Positions 1-11,674 of a DNA stretch of 57,164 nt are shown in pieces; within the stretch, counting starts at the first letter, position 1, and every line of letters begins with the position of its first letter. Source of the DNA: Octopus bimaculoides (Eukaryota); contig NC_068999.1 in NCBI RefSeq assembly GCF_001194135.2, positions 14,371,096-14,428,259 of the forward strand, read 5' to 3'. The translations under genes and the position numbers were made by a program. The notes below the pieces were generated by a model. It saw nothing but the letters and a program-made list of their open reading frames with translations. It had not been told where the DNA came from and ran no database searches.

Positions 1-110
1 CTCTGTATATATATATATATATGTGTGTGTGTGTATGCATATATCTGTATATATACATACACGTATATATGTATGTGTCTCTCTATACACACACACTTAT
101 GCGCACACAT
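1..110. repeat. Mixed (TA)n/(TG)n/(CA)n microsatellite
   Basis: Dinucleotide runs read directly from the sequence. Confidence 0.9.
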
Positions 111-562
111 AAATGAGGTTCAGTAAAACATACCAATCACATTTCCATCACATTGAATACGTGGGTCGTTGAGTCTGCAACGGTACACAATTTTAGACGC
201 CTTCCAAAATATTCGAAAAAAGTATGGTCTTCGTTTCTTCGTCTATCTCTATAATTCTTGTAATTTCTGAGACACTGCATTAATTCGCATTTTAATTCTA
301 CTGAAAACATTTTAAATGAGTAGATGGTTGTCTGTATCCTACGGAAAAATACTTCGCACATTTCTTCCTCCACCATGAACAAAATTGTCTAAAATTTTGT
401 TTTCACAAGGACTAATGACATGCTTTGAAAAGTTGACGTTTAATAGAATTGACCGAAATATCGAAATCACTGCGAATACTATTCTTGTTAACAAGAGATA
501 CATTCCTACACTACAAATGTACGGAGTAACGCTTCAGATTAATGCAAAATTGATTTTATAAT

Positions 563-780
563 AACGGTTTTAAATTGTGGCACAATGTCAGGAAATTCGG
601 GAAGGGAATTAAACCGTTTACATCAACTATGGTGCTCAGCTGGTACCTATTTTGTCGACCCTTATCTGATGAAAGGCAAAGTCGAACTTGGTGGAATTTG
701 ATTTTAGAATGTGAAGTTGGACGAAATGCCGCTAAGCATATAGCCCGACGTTATAAATATTCTGCCAGCTCGCTTGCTTT
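563..780 (-). mobile_element. SINE, family A (head AAGGCGGCGAGCTGGC...)
   Basis: The reverse complement aligns by eye with the + strand copy at 16831-17040, sharing the blocks GCTTAGCGG, GTTC...AAATTCC, CTTTGCCTTTCATC, GTCGA.AAAATAGGTACCAG and the TGTGCCA tail. Confidence 0.8.
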
Positions 781-825
781 AGCATTTTGACTAACGTACT
801 AACGATTCTGCGAGCTTGCCACCTC
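781..825 (-). mobile_element. Second tandem copy of the SINE family A 5' head
   Basis: AGCATTTTGACTAACGTACTAACGATTCTGCGAGCTTGCCACCT repeats the head of the adjacent copy (736-780). Confidence 0.6.
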
Positions 826-1343
826 TATAATAAATGATCATATAAACAGATATCAACAAATGTTATAAGATCATGTCACACGAAGCAATGCTGATTAAAA
901 AACATTCATGCACAATGATATATAACACGTCTCTGTACAATCGATTGCGGCAAGACATTTCCCTGTGGACGTAAGTTCGGGAAAGAAATACTCATCATAT
1001 AGAGAACATCTGGAAAACACGTTAGGCTGTGAATGGCCTTATCTTATTGTTTTGTCCACACGTTTCTCCTTCTAGAATTCACCATGAACGAATACTGAAT
1101 TCTTCCTATATGCACTTATTATGACGATACTTGTGAAATGTAAGAATAACAAATAAATAAATTTGCAGCAATTCATAAATCTTGGCCGCATAGTAATTAA
1201 TAAGAGGCGATCGAAGGTCTGTTGATTAATTAAATGAATGTATAGTGTTAATTAATATGCAGCCAGTACCTACGCTGATAACATAGTTCACTCCGACTGG
1301 TAACAAGGCTGAAATGTATGCGCTGTGAGATCTGTTGAGATCA

Positions 1344-1450
1344 CTGTGTGTATATGTGTGTATGTGTGTGTATGTATGTGTATGTGCGTGTCTGTCTGTA
1401 TCAGTCTCTGCTCCTATGTGTCTGTTTCTGTGTGTGTACGTGTGTGCGCG
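1344..1450. repeat. (TG)n-rich degenerate microsatellite
   Basis: Read directly from the sequence. Confidence 0.85.
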
Positions 1451-1964
1451 CCTGCGCGCTTACCAAGACTACACACAAAATGCGTACATTTGTAATGCCA
1501 GTAAACAACTCGTTCGTCAGCATTTGGTGATAATAGCTGAGTAGCTGCAATATTTGTTCTATAAAGATATTTAACGGTTATCAAAAGTTTTCTGACGTTA
1601 CCAAGAAAACATTTTAGTCCTTTAGTAAAGTGGGTTACTACGACGAACATCCTTAAAGGAAATGTCATTGAAAAGTACTCGAGCCGGACCCTTTAATATC
1701 CATCGGTATGAGATCTAAAATCAGTCTCGATAATGGTAGGTATGTGAGCTATTACAATCTGCACATAGTTCGAATCAACAGCATACGTAAAACTATTTTG
1801 GGGGATTTTGTGACAATTGTACAAATTGCATGAAATATCGCTATGGATCCAAGCTAAGTAATAGTGTGTTCACATGTATGTGGATGTATTTGAGAATATT
1901 CATACGCATAAACATACACACATAAGTATGCATGTATATACGTATGTGTGTTTTTTAGCTATGC

Positions 1965-2345
1965 TTGTATGTATGTATGTATGTATGTATGCAGGATTTA
2001 CGTATATATGTATGCATGTATTTATCAATCGGTCTGTCTCTCAATCTGTCTGTCTAACAGTTTGTCTCTCTCTACGTATGTATATAAGTATGTATGTATG
2101 TATGCATAAATGTAGATATGTATGCCCATCGAAGCTTCATTTTTGCTTGGTGTCTATTTAACCTTTTAAAACATTTCACGAATTCCAGTCTTGTCGCAAT
2201 GCAGTTTTCATTATTAATTTGCATATGTTGTTTATAAATAATCCATGCTTCCATCTCTTTTTATCTCTTCTTATACAGAAATTGAGCGAGAGTGAGAGAG
2301 AGAGAGAAACAGGGAGTGAGAGTAAGCGCGATAGAGAAGGAGACT
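1965..2345. repeat. (TATG)n/(TCTG)n and (GA)n degenerate microsatellites
   Basis: Tetranucleotide runs at 1965-2125 and a GA run at 2284-2345. Confidence 0.8.
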
Positions 2346-2560
2346 GTGAGTTAATGTGTTTGCGTGGGTTTGTGTTTGTGTTCGTGTATTTCATCGTTGG
2401 ATACGAGTATGTCAATCCTGCATTTTATTATCTTCAAGCAAAAACACAATTTCATTCTGAGTAAATAAATGTTTAAAAACCAGAACTAATTACACATCAA
2501 TGAACAGTAATACAATAATACACTTATACTTACATGATTATTTACTGATCAAACTAATAT

Positions 2561-2838
2561 TGCTGTTTGTTCCTTCTTTTTCCATGCCCGGAATATAGGG
2601 GCCGGTTTCCCGGTTTCATTGGTGTATAGGTCACCCAACTGCACAGGACGCCGGTGAGCAGCTAGATGCTGCAAAAAACAGTGAAAATTGTGGCGAAAGA
2701 GTCAGCAGAATTTCGCCATTATTTTCTGCCGAAGTCGCGTGGACCTTAGGTGTTTCGCTCATAAACACGTCACTTGGTCTGAGATTCGAACCCGCGATCT
2801 ATCGACCGAAATTCCGCAGCACTAACTACTAGGCCAAG
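2561..2838 (-). mobile_element. tRNA-derived SINE, family C
   Basis: On the minus strand there is an A-box-like TGGCCTAGTAGTTAG at the 5' end, a B-box GGGTTCGAATC (2783-2793), a GC-rich body and a (AAC/AAAC)-like tail. It does not fold as a complete tRNA. Confidence 0.8.
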
Positions 2839-5362
2839 TAATTAATATTAGAATAATGTCACGACCGAGAAAAGCAAATTGTAAATGAGCTTTCCCCCAT
2901 CTGTATGCATCTGTGCTTTGTTAATATATTATTTGGTACGTAGGATTACTGAAGTATTTATTAATGATAGTTTTACCCAAGTATGAATTCATGTGTAGAC
3001 GTTAATGAGCGAATTCTTAATAGGCAATCTACCATACGTTTCACAGATGAAGGAATTCGATTTAGTCTGGTTTATTTGTGTTAATAAAATACTGTTATAG
3101 ACTTATTACTTCCCACATATTCACCGAAGTAGTGTACGAGATTGATATATCCGAAATGGTAACCTACGAGATTTTTATCTATAATATATTCTGTGCCTGA
3201 ACGTTCTCAACATTCTGAAAACAATTTGTTGAAATATTTTGTAGAATAATCGTTTAGGACTAAATATTTTATGACGGAAATATTTCTTGTCGCTTGATTA
3301 ATTTCATTCACTTTTTGTTTTGTTTTTTTCTTTCTTTCCTTTTAATTTCTTTTAAATTCTAAAAGGATTATGTTTCGCAGAATCCGAAAATAAATTCAAA
3401 ATTCAGATTCTGAAATTGAGACAGCGGTCTTTGGAATAGAACTTGTTAGCTCTTGGATATTTCTACATTGAAGATTTACGTGTTGGGTGTAAAATGTTCC
3501 TGAAAAGTAAAACTATTTACAGACACTTCATCTCTTAGAGCCATTTTCGAAAATTTAAAGAAAACTGAATAGCTTGCAATAGTTGCGATTTGTTGGAAGC
3601 TCTGTATTTCTGAAACACGTCAACACAGTATCACCACTTAGAATGACAATAGCACATGTGTTTGGGAGAAACGGGTGAAGTAAGACGAAAATTTTAAACT
3701 TCAATACGCTCACTCAGGTAGTGACATTTGCAATAAAGAGGGTCGTGAAAGATTATACTTTACATAGTATAGCTAAAGTACTGAATAGACACACGTGTTA
3801 AAATCATAAGACAATGAAAAATATTTCAGAACCAATTATATTTAAAACAGATGCGTCATAGCTAACGAAAGAAAGTAACGTCAGAGAAACGACCAAATTC
3901 ATAAAAAAAAAATTAGCGTTGTAAGATAATGGAAATATTACTGAATATTTCGCATAACTAAAAAAAAATCATAAATCAAGAAAATTCATAAAAATGAAAT
4001 TATAAATGTATGAATAATAACGCTTTTTCCCATAAATAATTTCAGGAATGTCAGGATACAGGCCATAATTTATATGTAATACTAGTATCGTAAGTTTTCA
4101 ATTATGGAATTATAAAAGTACAAACGAAGTAATTTTCTGCAAATGTATATTGAATTGTAGGGGTAGTAAAGAATTTAAGCTAGAAGGTATGTAGATTATC
4201 GTAGGGATGACTGCAAAAGGTCGTTTAATTTTTTTTTCCAATAAATAGTGAAGAACTGGTATGCATAACAAATCATATAGTAAATAAGATATATGGCGCA
4301 GCTTTCAACATCGTAGCTACTATAGAAATCATTGAGTGAATAGTTGTTTTAGATATCTGTACAGAACATTGACATTTTACACGATCACGAAAAAAAAAAA
4401 TCAAATTAAATCAAAAGAAAAGGAGATATAATGATGAGGATAATGATCATGCCACTATAGACATGTGCAAGGTTGAGCGTCTACGGAGAGGTCACAACAA
4501 AACAGATATAATATTGTTAAGTTGTAAAATCTTTGGTCGGAGCTCTCAAATGACCTGGTCCTTGAAATTGAGCTTATAATTGACAAGATGGTTTAGCGTA
4601 TCCCTAATATCCAGCAATTGATATTGCATAGAGCTGCAAATCAATTAAACACTGCGCATTAAGTGAGAGACTTCAGTATAATGGCGTTTCTATTACATCC
4701 AGAAATTAAAAAAACAAAACTATAAATGAAATACGGTTCAATCCCCCGAACACACTAAATTTATGTAAACTCTTCCAATCGATAGTATGCCAACGAAACC
4801 ACTTGCATTGAAACATCAATATTTTAAACAAGTAACAGACTACTCAACGTAGACACAAACATTATGAAGGATTCCTTCAACAGGAGCTTCACGAAACCCG
4901 CTATATGTAATATATGGTATATTTCACTGACACACGCATACATAAACATAGGTATATATATATATATATATATNNNNNNNNNNNNNNNNNNNNNNNNNNN
5001 NNNNNNNNNNNNNNNNNNNNNNNNNNNNNNNNNNNNNNNNNNNNNNNNNNNNNNNNNNNNNNNNNNNNNNNNNNNNNNNNNNNNNNNNNNNNNNNNNNNN
5101 NNNNNNNNNNNNNNNNNNNNNNNNNNNNNNNNNNNNNNNNNNNNNNNNNNNNNNNNNNNNNNNNNNNNNNNNNNNNNNNNNNNNNNNNNNNNNNNNNNNN
5201 NNNNNNNNNNNNNNNNNNNNNNNNNNNNNNNNNNNNNNNNNNNNNNNNNNNNNNNNNNNNNNATTTCCAGTACCGCTGCCGTAGTCTCCTTTAGAGAGAC
5301 TTAGAAATATTAATAACTCTATTTCTGAAAACCAGTGGATAGATTCCACTGAAATTAGATAA

Positions 5363-5504
5363 ATAACCTTCGAGCAGATAGTCAGCAGCGCCGCCTGGCT
5401 AAGGCTTGGCTGCCCTGCATTGACAAGGGGCAACACCCTGAAACTAGTCTGCAGATGCCAAACCAGCAGGGGGACACTGCTGACCTCCCCTGTTCGAAGG
5501 TTAT
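5363..5504 (+). other. 142-nt GC-rich imperfect long hairpin with a hammerhead at its apex
   Basis: Nested inverted repeats: ATAACCTTCGAGCAG (5363-5377) with CTGTTCGAAGGTTAT (5490-5504), 14/15; GTCAGCAG (5381-5388) with CTGCTGAC (5477-5484); TTGGC (5406-5410) with GCCAA (5457-5461); CTGCA with TGCAG. Confidence 0.8.
5415..5454 (+). ncRNA. Minimal type I hammerhead ribozyme, U3-A8 core variant
   Basis: Stem I CUGCA/UGCAG; core UUGACAA; stem II GGGG-CAACA-CCCU; GAAA; palindromic ACUAGU stem III; predicted cleavage after C5449 (GUC). Confidence 0.7.
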
Positions 5505-5856
5505 AAAGGACACAGGTTTCGTGTGTCACATAGCTAGCTAGAGGCGATGGCTTCTTGGAGCTAATTCACGGCAGCTTTCGTCCTAATTTTGGGACTGCCA
5601 TGTTGGCTTGGCGATAACATTTAAAACAATAGCAATGTTTTAGAATAATGCGATGATGTTGCTTAAATATTATATATGAGTGAATGCTGAAAATTTGTTG
5701 GCATTAGGTAAAAAATGAATAGAGGCTCAGTAAATGATCATATGCACCATATTCCCTTCTCATATCCACACACTATTAAATGCGAAACAACTTGGAAACA
5801 AAATAGTACTCGAATACCAGAGGTAAAATAATATGCTTTATTAAAATGTAGCAAAA

Positions 5857-5976
5857 ATATCGCAAAAGCTGTTACTCAGAGTTTCATGTTTCCGTTCGTC
5901 GGACAGTTTTGTTTAGATTCTATACAAAACTGTCTAACGTGCGGGAACGTGAAATCTGAGTAATATCTTTTGATAT
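5857..5976. mobile_element. Fold-back element: two inverted degenerate minimal hammerhead units (Penelope pLTR-like)
   Basis: Arms of about 55 bp (5857-5912 and 5924-5976) around an 11-nt loop. The minus copy reads CUGU-CCGACGA-ACGGAAACAU-GAAA-CUCUGAG-UA-ACAG. The plus copy reads CUGU-CUAACGU-GCGGGAACGU-GAAA-UCUGAG-UA. Confidence 0.6.
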
Positions 5977-7229
5977 ATCTGTGATGCGGTTAATGAATTT
6001 TCACTTAGTGTACCATGTAAGGTGTTATCCGGGTAAATGTATTTGTGAAGGAAATGTTTTTGACTTGTACTTTCCTAATAAATAAATGATTGGCAACATA
6101 GAATTTGAGAATATCTTTTGCTATATAATTTATAACACATCTGCTATATTATGTATAACAAAACAATGTAGTATGTATCAATTGAAGAGTAAAACTTGAA
6201 AGTCATCATATGAATACATTAACAATAAAATATTAATATATTACGTTGGAAATGCGTATTTTCGTCTGCGGAAAAATACATTAACCATTTGTTTGCTTTT
6301 ACTGATTCACTCTCTATACTTTACGTAATGTTTTGCTGTTTACTTCTAAAAGTTTTAGATTATTTAGAATATAATTCAGTTAGAACATTTGCATACAGTA
6401 AATGCAAGACTAATTTTGAACCATTTGCATAAGAGGATACAAAACAAAAATGAAAGATATTTCTAAGCTAAAGTTTCAATAAGAACGTAAAATATAGGGT
6501 AGTTCTCAAAGGAAGGGTTTCATAAAAAAATATGTGCGTCTATTTTGGCAAGCGAGATGTAAAATGTGAGTTTTAGAATATAAGTATTTGACGAAAATAT
6601 CTATCATTCTTTCAATACAAAGTGTATATGCAAATACTACCTAAAATTTGCATTAGAAATTTCCTTGTTTTGTTTAATAATATACGCGATGTTATTGCTT
6701 AGAAATACTTTGTACGTAGGTAGTACGTTTTCATTTCCTGCGGCTAAGATTTTAACATGACCGCAATCAAGTGAACAAATGCATTGCTCTATAACCGTGG
6801 GATAGAGAAATGGAACAAAGACATTTCAAAACATCGGCCTTCCCCTCAGCCCCATCCTCTCAGCCCTTTTTGCTGCTATTGTCCGAAGACTCGAAACTTT
6901 GTTACAGTTCCTCTATATCTCTGTGTCTGTGTGTTCTCCACGGTGTGCCATCTTGGTAGTAGTTATTTCCGTCCCTGTCACCGACGCTGCTGCTGTCATT
7001 GTTATTTCTGTTGCTGACATTGTTGTGGCCGTACGTGAAATTTCTTGTGTGTCTTATTGTGTGTGTATGGGTTCGCTTCGTATGTTGTTTATAACCATGT
7101 CCTTTGTATGGATTTATTTATTTATTTTATCGATCTGTATTTCTTCAATGTATCACGATAATATAATTACCAGATGTAATCGACTATCCCACTTGCCCCA
7201 AATTTCAGGCGTTGTGTCTATAATTGAAA

Positions 7230-7308
7230 AGATTGTTATTATTATTATTATTCCTTTTGCTGTAGCTGTTGTTGTTGTTGCTGCTGCTGCTGCTGTAATC
7301 TTGCCCAT

Positions 7309-7349
<41 letters not shown>

Positions 7350-7385
7350 GCAGCATTATCAACATCAGCATCGTCGTCATCAATT
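7230..7385. repeat. Compound trinucleotide microsatellite (ATT)(GTT)(GCT)(ATC)(AGC)
   Basis: Read directly. It accounts for ORFs 6899..7480 and 7153..7383. Confidence 0.9.
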
Positions 7386-8719
7386 CTGTCTCACCGTTCT
7401 GGGTTCGCGTTTCTCTGATGAGTCTTCTTTATTTCAATTTCACACAATGCAACGATTATCATCGATGCAATATACATTAGATATTTCCGTGCAATCGAAT
7501 TTCATCACTACATTTACTTAAAAAATTGTTACACTATTTTGATTTGAGCTATTAATCTTCGGAATTCCTATGCATTTAAAAATGAACCAATTTCATACAA
7601 TATTTCTTGCTCAATTCATTGCCTCTGTTTCCACTGCATTCATTTTTTTTTTTTTTACAACAGAGCCAATCACTATTATTTCGAACAATTCTGTTTGGAT
7701 ATTTCTCGTAAGAATTTCCAAATCTACAATAGAAGAATGTTTGCAATACGATATGCATTCTCCTTTCTATGGCTATTGGCCTGGACATTTATTTGAATCT
7801 TTTAGTGTCCATGTACTTAGGTAATGATACTCATGTATACTTTGGCTAATTTATTACTCTCTGTGTTTGGTGTGTTGGGATGGTGTTTTCTTCAATCTAA
7901 ATATGCTTTTGCCCTGTATAAATCGGATCGTTTCTGTTTCACTGTCACTTTTCAATTTTTTCAATTATTGTTCCAATTTGCTTCATAGTTGACGTATTGA
8001 TGTAGTTTTGTCATGTGATACATTTTCGCCATAAATCAATATATCAAGTGTTAATAGACTTTACAGTTTGAAAATTTCGGGTAATTTTAGTCAAACGAGA
8101 GCCACAGACATATAAGTGGTTCTTAGTAACAAGGTAAGATGCTACGAGCTGCTTACCTGCGTGGTCATTTTTCGCTCATTAAATACTTAAAATACAAGCG
8201 GCATGAGATGATCGTGACTTGTACTAAAAATAACAGCTAAATAATCCGGAGTTCACACACCATTTCATATATATATATATAGTTATATATATATGGTTTT
8301 GCATAGAATGCAAATTCGCAAATGTCTGAAAATTCAAACACATAAAAATATATATGAAGGTTTATATCACTTGCATAAAAGCAGAATTCCCCAATATCTT
8401 ATTTCGTTATTGTTGACAACAGGTGGTGTAACGCACGAAATGACGGCTTCCAAATCCTGTATTCTGACAGGTTAAAAATCATCCAAATTTAAAACTCTAA
8501 ATTTTAAAAAGTATTTTCTGGAAAAGCGGATGGACCCCTGAGATTCAGAGGGCAATATTATGCCAATATTTTACTAAAGTTTAAAATTCCCATACATGCA
8601 GACGAACAGAAATGATCCATTATATCTATCTACTCGATGGAAAGTTTTTTGCAATACATTAATTCTTTTTTCTTGTTTTTTTTTTGTTTCCTTCGTATCT
8701 TGGTTTAGTATTGCAAAAC

Positions 8720-8915
8720 TTTTCGAGGACCGTTGTGTAGAGGTATTTTATTAAATGGAGCCTTTATGGCTGCTCTTTCCATGCGATCAAATAATTCGAG
8801 TTGTTTAAAGAAGAGATGTGGTTCTTTTATGAAACGATGCATCTGGCATCTATATTCTATGCAAGGCTTTTTCCGTATGCAATCGTATACAACTGATCAC
8901 GAAGGGGATATTTAA
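8720..8915 (-). mobile_element. Decayed CR1/L2-like LINE, RT C-terminal fragment
   Basis: Frameshifted minus-strand translation DQLYTIAYGK/KPCIEY...KQLELFDRMERAAIK resembles the 'LY...RP.LEY...L.LLDRVQ.RA' region of CR1/L2/Jockey ORF2. Confidence 0.4.
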
Positions 8916-9035
8916 TAGTAATAACAACTCGTCAAGTTTCCAGGATGTGAAACTTTATCCTGCGTTTTTCTCTTTATTCCAGTTTGCGATCAGTATTTAT
9001 TATTATTATTATTATTATTAACACGCGGCTAAGCA

Positions 9036-10188
9036 TTGGGTTGGCAACTAAGCTCCCGCGTTTTTTTTTTTTTTAATTTTGAAATTTATTGCACATTTGA
9101 ATTTTGGAATCTATGTTTCTCAAGAATTCTATTTTTGAATCATTTTTAGAATATAGTTTGTTTCCTTTTTTTTAAAGTTAATTTTAGTTATCTTTTGTTT
9201 ATTTTCAGATCATTACAATGTTATATCAAGTTAAGAAAAACGAGCACTTTCGACACTTCATTCTTTTTGCTTTTAATAAATGTTCTAAGGCCGCAAAAGC
9301 TGCTCGCGACATTTGTGTTGTGTACGGGGAGGGTGCCATAGCTGAAAAACCGCTCGTGATTGGTATGCCAAGTTTAAAAATGGAAATGTTGATCTCAAAG
9401 ACGCACCTCGTTCAAGCTGTGTTCGATGTAGAGCGATTAAACCAACTTTTGCACGAAAATTCTCGTCAAACGACATGGGGAATGGCAAAGAAAGCTCCCA
9501 CACTGCTGCAGAAAAGCATCTTCACTCGATGGAGGATGGGTTCCGCATGCTTTAAGTGACAACAAAAATCAACGAGCCACAATCTCTGCTGGTTTGCTTG
9601 CTTGTCACCGCTCAACTCATGAACACAAGCAACGATTTCTTTACCGAATGGCTATATATCAATATGAAGCAGCGTAAGGAAAGGCTTAGCCCCGGTAAAA
9701 AAGAAAGAAAGCGACACCAAGCGTGAAACAAGATCTTCATCCGCCAAAAACGATGTTGTGCGTATGGTGGGACTGGGAAGGGATTATCCATTACGAATTG
9801 CTTGAAAGGAACCAAACGGTCAACGCAGAACTCTATGTTCAACAGAGGGAACGACTCAACAACGCTATTCAAGAGAAAAGAACTAATTGTCAGCATGGAG
9901 TTCTTCTGCTGCACGACCAAGGAAGCCATTCAAACGCATGGCTGAGAAGTGCTGCCATACTCGCCGTTCAATACTGATGCAGAATTGAGAGCATGGCTGG
10001 ATCAAATTTTCGAGTCTAAATCGATTGATTTCCACCAACGAGGTATTGAAAATCTTGTTGAACGTTGGGAAGAAGTTGTAAACAACAAGGGTGAATACAT
10101 TAGTGATTAATTAGTTGTTATTTGTTTTTGTAAACCTCTTAAACATTTTTAATTTAAAACTACTGCGGGAACTTAGTTGCCAACCCAA
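9036..10188 (+). mobile_element. Mariner (Tc1/mariner) DNA transposon with internal deletions
   Basis: 24-bp TIRs TTGGGTTGGCAACTAAG(C/T)TCCCGC at 9036-9059 and 10165-10188 (23/24 identical). TA lies at the right end (10189-10190) and CA at the left. A transposase remnant lies inside. Confidence 0.95.
9218..10110 (+). pseudogene. Mariner transposase pseudogene
   Basis: HTH N-terminus EHFRHFILFAFN...AARDICVVYGEG, WVPHAL, MLCVWWDWEGIIHYELL, VLLLHD and C-terminal LVERWEEVVNNKGEYISD*. There are frameshifts, and deletions remove TGDEKW, truncate HDN and remove most of YSPDLAPSD. Confidence 0.93.
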
Positions 10189-10920
10189 TAGAAAAGAGAA
10201 GATAGAAAAAGAAAGTTAGAAACAGATAGACAGAGATACAGATAGCAAGATGAGTATCATTAATCTATAAATAGTTTTACTGGAATTCACAGAAAATAAA
10301 GAAAAAAGAGAATAGAAGAGAGGATTAAAATGTAAAATAAATATTGTTGCCGTTTTGTTATTTGTTCTTTGATTGAGCTAATATCGGTCAGTCGAACTTG
10401 TTAGCGTGACCATCATTAGGTCAAAATATGTGACACAAGTAGCAGGAGGTATTGATTTGTACCAATTTCAATGTGTGGAAGTCAGGAGCCATGACGACGA
10501 ACTGGCTAAATGTAGTTCACTTGCTGTTTGCATTCATTTTCACGCTTAGATAAATAACGTAAATTAAATACAAGCCTCCTTTTTGTTCTTTAGTATTTAA
10601 TCTGTGTGTTTAGCAGTGCTATAAATGCTGTTGTAAGTGCTTAGTAGTTCAAACTATGATCAAAATTGATTGACTTTCTTTGCTCCAAACTCTATTGATA
10701 TTTGTGATTACGAAAAGAGAAATAAAGAAATATATACACCGTTATACAATTTACAGTAGTTACCGAGTGTAAAAATACACCCATTATACATTGAGCTTAA
10801 CGGGTGTATTTTATACTTTGCCAATGGTCTTGCATCTGTCACAAATTTTCAGTTTCATTTTACTGCTTCCGTAGTTGCGTAGCTAGTTAATATTTAAACT
10901 GTTTCTAAAGCAGTGACCTG

Positions 10921-10987
10921 ATACAAACGTTAACACGCCGGGCGTGGGGAGTTTAGCGGCTTTACGTCTGAGCTCAAATTCCACAGA
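10921..10987 (+). mobile_element. SINE family A, 5' fragment
   Basis: AACGTTAACACGCCGGGCG...TTAGCGGCTTTACGTCTGAGCTCAAATTCC matches the head of 16831-17040. Confidence 0.6.
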
Positions 10988-11471
10988 AAAAATTATTATT
11001 TTACATCCTTTCTGGTTCGATAGAATGAGTACAAGTTGAACTCCGGGGTCAACATAATCAACTTAACACTTCCTCCAAATTTGCTAACCGAAATCGAAAA
11101 ACTGTGGCATATCAACACGGTTACGTTACCAGTGATTGTAGGAGTATTTGTAACGATCAAAAAGTAAACTGGCCTACCATCCATGCAGGAAGTGCAAAAT
11201 ATTCTCTAAACTGGTACATTACACGTATTGAGAATAGCATGGTCGCACCGAGATTTCTTACTTTTTCATCTTCTTTCTCTTTTAATTATTTTTTTTTCTT
11301 TTTATTTCCTTCCTTCTTCTGTCATTCTTCTCATTTTTCCCCATCGCATGACTTTGTAAATGAACAGGTCATGTATGTTTATTTTCATGGCCTTCCGATG
11401 TATACAGTGAGTCACTTTCCCTATGTTTTAGGTAGACACTACGCAATAAAGAGAAACAAAACTGAAAGTAG

Positions 11472-11520
<49 letters not shown>

Positions 11521-11521
11521 G

Positions 11522-11553
<32 letters not shown>

Positions 11554-11582
11554 CGACAACAATACTTCTACTACCACAACAT

Positions 11583-11674
<92 letters not shown>
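11472..11674. repeat. (TAA)n-(TAC)n-(TAA)n microsatellite
   Basis: Read directly from the sequence. Confidence 0.98.

Noticed and set aside
137-382. 81-aa minus ORF and a short similarity (CACCATGAAC context) to 1055-1100
   Set aside because: No recognisable motif, and the similarity is too short to call a repeat family.
7400-7440. CTGATGAGTC on plus and GAAACGCG on minus
   Set aside because: The motifs are on opposite strands and neither gives a complete hammerhead fold.
6899-7480. 193-aa hydrophobic ORF
   Set aside because: It is built from degenerate (GTT/GCT/ATT/ATC/AGC)n repeats and has no recognisable domain.
7660-7960. Minus-strand peptide KAYLD*RKHHPNTPNTESNKLAKV reminiscent of R4-like N-termini
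   Set aside because: Too short and degenerate to support without a profile search.
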